From NCBI GenBank assembly GCA_963798915.1, contig CAWCVB010000002.1, positions 64,001 to 128,000 on the forward strand: a stretch of DNA of 64,000 nt, written 5' to 3'. This document shows, in pieces, positions 58,074-64,000 of this stretch. The notes beneath the pieces are model-generated. The model was not told the origin of the DNA. It saw only the letters and a list, made by a program, of their open reading frames with translations, and ran no database searches. This DNA comes from an uncultured Gemmatimonadales bacterium (lineage in GTDB: Bacteria; Gemmatimonadota; Gemmatimonadetes; Gemmatimonadales; GWC2-71-9). The position numbers and the translations under genes were made by a program. The stretch's first letter is position 1; every line of letters begins with the position of its first letter.

Positions 58074-59060
58074 TTGTCCACGACAAGAAAGGCGCCCGGA
58101 AAGTCGTCGCGCAGCTTGCGGATTGCAGCCACCGCATCGGCGCGACTGCTGAACGCGCCCGCCCGCACCTTGAGAAAGCCGCCTTCCTCGACAATCAGTG
58201 CCTCGTAGCCCAGCTGGCGCACCTTGGTCGCATTCTCATTGGCCATGGCGCGGGTGCCGGCGGCGATGACCTGAACTCGAAAGATGGTCGTGGGTCGCTG
58301 GGGCGCGGGTCGTGGTATCAAGACGGGCGACGAGCACGCCAGGCTGCGAGTCGACGGTCGACGGTCGACCGGTATCCGCCGACTGACGACCGACGACCGA
58401 CGACCCGTTGTCCGTCTGTCCGTCTGTCCGCCCACCCGCCTCTGCAACCACAATCGTGTCCCGCGGTGGCCCCGGCGGCGCCTTGCTGCTTCCCTCCGCG
58501 AGCGCGGTGGCGGAGCAGCGACGGGCAAAGGCCTGGAGCTGGTCGCGCACGGCCGGACCGGCTTCATCGGCACGCGCCAGGCCCATGCCCACCCACTCGC
58601 AGCCGGAGTGCTCCTGCCGGGCATCGAAATAGGTCCGTGCCGCCCAGAAGGCGGCATCGGCAAAGACATCCGAGCGGGGAAAATCGGAACGAAGCCGCTC
58701 GAGGTCACGCATGGCCGCCGGAAGGTTGCCGCCGGCGTAGTCCAGCTGCGCCAGGCGCAACAGTGCATCGTCACCCCAGGGCGAGAGCGACTGTTCCACT
58801 ACCACCTGCTGCAGTGCGTGCCGCATGCTGTCGGGATCGGCCACGAGGGTGGCGGCCGTGTACAGCGCCTCGGCCTGCAGCGGGCTGCCGGGCGCGGCCT
58901 GCTTGCGCACGTCGCGGACGATGCTCATTGCCGAATCCCGGTATCCGTCCTGCGCGAGTGCCACCGCCTGCCTGAGCCTGGGATCGGTCTGCGCCATCAG
59001 ACCGCGGCTCACCAGCAGCAGCGCAATGATGGCGATGCAGGCCGGCCGAACGTCACGCAT
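58070..59060 (-). pseudogene. secreted TPR + SPOR domain protein, frameshifted in a repeat-rich linker
   Basis: Signal peptide and TPR-like region in ORF 58236-59255; SPOR (FRVQVIA...KVRAGAF) in ORF 58070-58774. Confidence 0.8.
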
Positions 59061-60124
59061 CAGGCCTGCCCCGCGACGGCAGGGTTGGTGTAGGCAATGC
59101 GCATGACCATGTCCGTCACGATCGACTGTTCCGTGGAAAGTGTGGTGCTCTTGAGGGCCCGGTCCGCCGCCAGCGCCGCCTCGAGCGCGCGACGGATGCG
59201 CGGCGCGCTCCAGACCGCCGCCCAGCTGCTCCAGCGCCGGGCCTCGGCACCCCACGCGCCGAGGCCCGGCGGCCGGGCGGCCTGCATGGCGGCAAAGGCG
59301 GCCTTCTCCAGCGCCGGCCCCTTCCGCCCGTGCTCGTATTCGCCACGCACAACCCCGACACCGACCAGCGTCGTGCCGAGGAGCGTCACCAGCCGCACGC
59401 CATTGACGCCCGATTGATCGAGGACCCGCGGCAGCAGGGCGAGCGCCCTCGCCGGGTCATCGTCGAGCACCGCGTCGCGCCAGTCGAACGGGGTCTCGCC
59501 GTGGCGGACACCCACCAGGTCGGCCACCTGCTCGACCGTGATGTCGATGCCAGCGGGGAGCGACGCCAGCTTTTCCAGCTCGATGCCGATGGCGCTCAAG
59601 CTCTGGCCGGTGGCCGCGAGCAGGTGCTCGGCGGCCTCGGAGGCAAAACTGAGCCCGCGCTCGGCGACGCGCCGGTCAAACCAGCGCCGGGCATCGGATG
59701 GACTGGCGATAGCGCACTCGACCGCCGCGGCGTGCTTCTGCAATTCCTTGTCGGGCTTGTCATCGGCGGCGCCCTGGACCAGCAGGAGAATCGTCTCGGG
59801 CGACGGACGTTCGAGGTAGTGAACGACGGCGGTCCGCCCACGCGTGCGCCGCTTCCACTGCTCGACATCGCGAATGATCACAACCCGCCGGTCGGCCATC
59901 ATCGGCACCGTGTTGCACAACGCCTCCACCGCCTCCGGGTCGAGCGAGGCAGCGGAGACCTGGTCCAGGTTGAAGTCGCGCGTGGCGGGTTCGAGCATCT
60001 GGTCCAGGATGTAGCGAATTGCATCATCCTTGAGCGCGTCTTCAGGACCGTAGAAGTAGTAGGCAGGCGCCGGCGTCCCGCGCTTGAGTGCGGCGGCCAT
60101 CTGCTTCAGGGTAGTGGAAGCCAT
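59060..60124 (-). CDS. holA: DNA polymerase III delta subunit
   Basis: YYFYGPE, FNLD, PMMADRRVVII, ELEKL, ADRALKS. Confidence 0.9.
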   Translation of the reverse strand: MASTTLKQMAAALKRGTPAPAYYFYGPEDALKDDAIRYILDQMLEPATRDFNLDQVSAASLDPEAVEALCNTVPMMADRRVVIIRDVEQWKRRTRGRTAVVHYLERPSPETILLLVQGAADDKPDKELQKHAAAVECAIASPSDARRWFDRRVAERGLSFASEAAEHLLAATGQSLSAIGIELEKLASLPAGIDITVEQVADLVGVRHGETPFDWRDAVLDDDPARALALLPRVLDQSGVNGVRLVTLLGTTLVGVGVVRGEYEHGRKGPALEKAAFAAMQAARPPGLGAWGAEARRWSSWAAVWSAPRIRRALEAALAADRALKSTTLSTEQSIVTDMVMRIAYTNPAVAGQA

Positions 60125-60132
60125 GGGGGAAG

Positions 60133-60669
60133 TTAGCGTCGGGAAGCGGCCGTTGCCCAGATGGCGCAGAGCGTCTTGGCGTCCTGGATTTCGCCGGAGC
60201 GGGCCATGTGGAGGATGCGTGACCACCGCAGGGTATGAAGCTCGAGGAACTCGTCCGCCTCGCGTTGAGCGTCGCCGGCCGCGAGGCCCGATGCGAGGAA
60301 GAGGTGGATCCGCTCGTCAGTGAAGCCGGGGGTGGTGTAAATGGTGCTGAGCCGCCGCATCTCGATGGCGGAGTAGCCGGTCTCCTCGCGCAACTCCCGG
60401 TGGGCGCAGTCCTCCGGATCTTCGTCGGGCTCCAGGCGCCCGGCTGGCACTTCCCACACGTAGCCATCGGCGGCGTGGCGGAACTGATGAATCAGGACGG
60501 CGCGCGGATCAGAGTCAGCGGGATGGTCGAGGAACGGGAGCACCGCCGCCGCGCCCGGGTGGCGGATCATCTCGAGAATGCCCTCCGAACCATCGGGAAA
60601 GCGTACCGTGTCGAGGTCCAGATTCAGAACCTTGCCGGTATACAGATGCTGGTTGGCAATGAGAGTCAT
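60133..60669 (-). CDS. NUDIX hydrolase (ADP-ribose pyrophosphatase-like)
   Basis: HPGAA, QFRH, EVPAG...AHRELREETG, DAKT. Confidence 0.92.
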   Translation of the reverse strand: MTLIANQHLYTGKVLNLDLDTVRFPDGSEGILEMIRHPGAAAVLPFLDHPADSDPRAVLIHQFRHAADGYVWEVPAGRLEPDEDPEDCAHRELREETGYSAIEMRRLSTIYTTPGFTDERIHLFLASGLAAGDAQREADEFLELHTLRWSRILHMARSGEIQDAKTLCAIWATAASRR

Positions 60670-60680
60670 GGGTGGGCACC

Positions 60681-60703
60681 GTAGGGGCGGCCTGCGGCCG
60701 CCC
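60681..60703. repeat. GTAG-type REP variant
   Basis: GTAGGGGCGGCC-TGC-GGCCGCCC. Confidence 0.7.
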
Positions 60704-60787
60704 AAGGATTTTCAGGTATGCATCGGGACGTCGCGATGGGGTTCGAACCCGAGTGAGATCTGAGCGGTCGAAGGACGCCCGAACAGA

Positions 60788-62278
60788 TCAATCCATCGGC
60801 AACCCATCCGGTCCCAGCACGGTGACCGGCCCGAGACCGAGGGCCTCCACCGTCGGCTGGATCTTGGCCAGGTCGCCCACGACCACGATGGTGAAGCGGT
60901 CCGGGTGCAGCTCGGCCTTGGCCAGCCGGTTCACGTCGGCCGTCGTCACCGCCTCGGTCCTGGTCACGAAGTCGGTCAGCTCCGAGGGAGGCAGGCCGAA
61001 GAAGGCAAGGTCGGCCAGCTGGCCCGCCACGCCGGCATCGGTCTCGATCCGCCGGGGGTAGCTCCGAACCAGCGCCCCCTTGGCAAATTCGACCTCGGCT
61101 GTGGTGGCGGGGCGACCCTCGCGGATGTCCTTGAGTTCCCGCATGAACTCGATGAGCGAGCTGTCCGTCTTGGCGGTGAAGACGCCGGCGCTGGCAACGA
61201 ATGGACCGGGGCCGCGATCAAAGGACCAGCTGCTTCGCGCGCCGTAGGTGTAGCCCTTGTCTTCGCGGAGGTTGAGGTTGATGCGGCTGGTGAACTGGCC
61301 GCCAAGCACCGCATTCAACACGGTGAGCGGGTAATACTCGGGCGACCGGCGCGGAACGCCGGCATGACCGATTCTGATCTCGCTCTGCGCGGCGCCGGGC
61401 TTGTCCACCAGAAACACGCCGGGCGAGCTCGAGGTCGGGGCCGCCGGCGCCTGCATGGCGTTTGCCGGCACGGTCCCGCGCTTCCAGCCGCCAAAGGCCA
61501 GCTTGGCGTAGCGCTCGGCCTGGTTGGCGGTCAGATCTCCCACCACAACGAGCACCGCGTTGTTGGGCAGGTAGAAGCGATGATAGAAACCGGTGATGTC
61601 ATCGCGAGTCAGCGCCGTGATGGATGCTGTCGTGCCGCCCGCTTCGTGACCATAGGGATGGTCCTCGCCGTACACCAGGCGATCGAACGTCTGGGTGGCG
61701 ATCACGGTCGGCTGGTCCTTCTGTCGCGCGAGGTTCTGCAAAAGCAGCTTGCGGTCGCGCTCTATCTCCTCCGGCTGGAACGCCGGCCGAGTCACCATCT
61801 CACCCATCAGCGCAAAAGCCGAGTCGGCCGTCCGCGTGAGAGTCGTAAGGCTGACCGACGTTTCCTCGGTCCCGGAGCTCGCGCGGAGGTTGGCGCCAAG
61901 GCGATCCACGGCCTCGGCAAACCCGGTGGCCGAGCGTGCATCGGTGCCTTCCTCCAGCATGCCGGCCGTCATGGAGGCGATGCCGGGCATGCGACCGTCC
62001 TGCGCTGCGCCGGCGCGGATCACCAACCGGGCGTTGATGGCCGGCAGTTCCGAATCGGACACCACCCAGAGCGTGAGGCCATTGGGCAGCGTGCGCTGTA
62101 CCACCTTGGGAGCACGCACAGCGGGGACCGGTCCCGCCACCGGCTTCACCGAACGATCCAGTTGCTGCGCCTGCGCCGTTGCACCGAGCAGGCAACTCGC
62201 CGCCATCACCCACCGGCCCATCCTGCCCGCCATGTCCGTCTTGCCCGTCCTGCCCGTCCTGCCCGTCTTGTCCGTCAT
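60788..62278 (-). CDS. M16 peptidase, non-catalytic subunit
   Basis: No HxxEH; LPNGL, SRINLNLREDKGYTYG. Confidence 0.9.
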   Translation of the reverse strand: MTDKTGRTGRTGKTDMAGRMGRWVMAASCLLGATAQAQQLDRSVKPVAGPVPAVRAPKVVQRTLPNGLTLWVVSDSELPAINARLVIRAGAAQDGRMPGIASMTAGMLEEGTDARSATGFAEAVDRLGANLRASSGTEETSVSLTTLTRTADSAFALMGEMVTRPAFQPEEIERDRKLLLQNLARQKDQPTVIATQTFDRLVYGEDHPYGHEAGGTTASITALTRDDITGFYHRFYLPNNAVLVVVGDLTANQAERYAKLAFGGWKRGTVPANAMQAPAAPTSSSPGVFLVDKPGAAQSEIRIGHAGVPRRSPEYYPLTVLNAVLGGQFTSRINLNLREDKGYTYGARSSWSFDRGPGPFVASAGVFTAKTDSSLIEFMRELKDIREGRPATTAEVEFAKGALVRSYPRRIETDAGVAGQLADLAFFGLPPSELTDFVTRTEAVTTADVNRLAKAELHPDRFTIVVVGDLAKIQPTVEALGLGPVTVLGPDGLPMD

Positions 62279-63666
62279 GGCGTCGCCTCCGTCTCTGTTG
62301 CGGCAAGTTCGGTGTGTCCATTCGGGACGATCGAGAGCACGACCTTGGGTTGATGTACCAGGTATTGCCCGGCGACCCGCTTGATGTCCGCCGCCGTCAC
62401 CGCGCGCGAGCGGGCCAAGTCTTGATTGAAGAGGTTGGGGGTGCCGCGCATGGTGTTGTACGAGTTGAGCCGGTCCGCCTTGCCGAGCGTCGATGCCAGA
62501 CGGAAGACGAAGGAGGATTCGACGCCGTTCTTGGCGGCTTCGAGTTCTTCCGCGGTCGGCCCGTCCTTCGCGAGACGAGCGATTTCCTGGTAGACCTCGC
62601 GCTCCATCTGGGACAGGCTGCTCGAGTCGCGTGCGGTGACCGAGACCTGGAAGGTGCCGGCCAGCTCGCGATTGCTGGAGAAGGCGCTGGCGCTCTGTGC
62701 GGCCTGCTCCTTGTACACCAGGCGCTGGTAGAGACGGGAGGTCTTTCCCTGGCCCAGGATCGTGGCCAGCATTTCCAGCGGTGCCTCGTCCGCATTCCAC
62801 GCCTCGACCGTGGGCCAGGCGATATCGAGCCGCGCCAGGGTGACGCGGTCTTCCAGCACCGCCCGCCGGTCTGCATCAAGATGCGTCGGACGCGGGGTCG
62901 GGTCGGGAATCGGCTCGCCGCGGGGGATATCCCCGAAATATTTCTCGACCAGCTTCTTCACCTCGGCCGTGTTGACGTCTCCGGCGATGGCCAGCGAGGC
63001 GTTGTTGGGCGCATACCAGGTGCGAAAGAATTGCTGCACGTCGGCCAGGGAGGCGTTGGTGAGGTCCTCCTGGTACCCGATGGTGGGCCAGTGATAGGGA
63101 TGATCGTCGGGGTAAAGCATCTCACCCATGCGGATGGACGCCATGCCGTAGGGGCGGTTCTCGTAGTTCTGGCGCCGTTCGTTCTTCACCACGTCGCGCT
63201 GGTTGTCGAGCTTGGCCTGCGACATGGACGGCAGCAGCCATCCCATGCGGTCGGCCTCGAGCCAGAGCGCCAGCTCGAGGTAGTTGGCGGGCACGGTCTC
63301 GTAGTAGTTGGTGCGATCCGTGTTGGTGGAACCATTGAGGGTCCCGCCCGCTTCCTGGACGTACTTGAAGTGCTGGTCGTCGCCCACATGCTCGGAGCCC
63401 TGGAACATCATGTGCTCGAACAGGTGTGCGAAGCCGCGCCGCCCAGCTGCCTCCCGGCCCGAACCAACGTGGTACCAGACATTGACCGATACCACGGGCG
63501 CCGAGTGGTCCTCGTGCACGATCACGTCGAGGCCATTCGGCAGCGTAAACGCCGTTGCCGGCACCTCGATTTCCTGCGCCTGCGTTGTGGCGGCCACCAG
63601 CAGCAGCCCGCCTGTCACCATCAACCATCTGCCCGCCTTGCCCGTCCTGCCCGTCCTGCCCGTCAT
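62275..63666 (-). CDS. M16 (pitrilysin) peptidase, catalytic subunit
   Basis: GFAHLFEHMMF (HxxEH), NGSTN.DRTNY, EADRM. Confidence 0.93.
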   Translation of the reverse strand: MTGRTGRTGKAGRWLMVTGGLLLVAATTQAQEIEVPATAFTLPNGLDVIVHEDHSAPVVSVNVWYHVGSGREAAGRRGFAHLFEHMMFQGSEHVGDDQHFKYVQEAGGTLNGSTNTDRTNYYETVPANYLELALWLEADRMGWLLPSMSQAKLDNQRDVVKNERRQNYENRPYGMASIRMGEMLYPDDHPYHWPTIGYQEDLTNASLADVQQFFRTWYAPNNASLAIAGDVNTAEVKKLVEKYFGDIPRGEPIPDPTPRPTHLDADRRAVLEDRVTLARLDIAWPTVEAWNADEAPLEMLATILGQGKTSRLYQRLVYKEQAAQSASAFSSNRELAGTFQVSVTARDSSSLSQMEREVYQEIARLAKDGPTAEELEAAKNGVESSFVFRLASTLGKADRLNSYNTMRGTPNLFNQDLARSRAVTAADIKRVAGQYLVHQPKVVLSIVPNGHTELAATETEATP

Positions 63667-64000
63667 GGCCTGACCTCCTGTCCAGCATGGTCCACCACGC
63701 TAATCGGTCCGAGGCCGAGCGCCTCGATGCCCGGCCTGATCCTGGCGATATCGCCCACCACCACCACCGTCAGGTGTGAGGGGTCGAGATACTTCTGCGC
63801 CGCGCGCTGCACGTCCGCTGCGCTCAAGGCCTGGATGTGGCCAAGGTCTGCCGGAATAGTGCTGAGCGGAAGGTTGAAGACGTCGAGTGTGCTGAGCCCG
63901 CCTGCCACCTGGCGAGTAGTTTCGAAGTCACCGAGGGTGCCGAGTACCACATAGGACTTGGCCCGCGCCAGCTCGGCGTCGGTGGGCGCTTCATCGCGGA
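63663..64000 (-). CDS. C-terminus of another M16 peptidase subunit (partial)
   Basis: VVVVGDIARIRPGIEALGLGPI, paralogous to the end of 60788-62278. Confidence 0.8.
   Translation of the reverse strand, partial: RDEAPTDAELARAKSYVVLGTLGDFETTRQVAGGLSTLDVFNLPLSTIPADLGHIQALSAADVQRAAQKYLDPSHLTVVVVGDIARIRPGIEALGLGPISVVDHAGQEVRP

Noticed and set aside
1..64000. tRNA, rRNA, prophage or defence island
   Set aside because: I recognised no tRNA or rRNA signatures, integrase, phage structural genes or defence gene clusters by eye.

Overview
High-GC bacterial chromosome segment; gene content and style suggest Gemmatimonadota (inference). It spans the replication origin region: dnaN-dnaA on the minus strand, with a DnaA-box/DnaA-trio oriC between them, then rpmH-rnpA-yidD-yidC-mnmE on the plus strand. 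It also carries rnpB, mutS, holA, ddl, corA, udk, fahA, a Kir channel, a Ser/Thr kinase, glycoside hydrolases, three M16 peptidase subunits and many small stress or hypothetical genes. The most striking structure is non-coding. (1) A REP-associated Y1/HUH transposase (RAYT) is bounded by perfect 23-bp inverted REPs and carries a 9x26-bp tandem array built from the REP arm. (2) At about 15 loci there is a repeated intergenic layout of G-rich short tandem repeat, optional palindromic core, then C-rich short tandem repeat. (3) These repeats invade coding sequence, including a frameshifted SPOR gene that overlaps the mutS start. Three genes have apparent frameshifts that may be sequencing errors. 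All family assignments are by motif recognition; no database searches were run.
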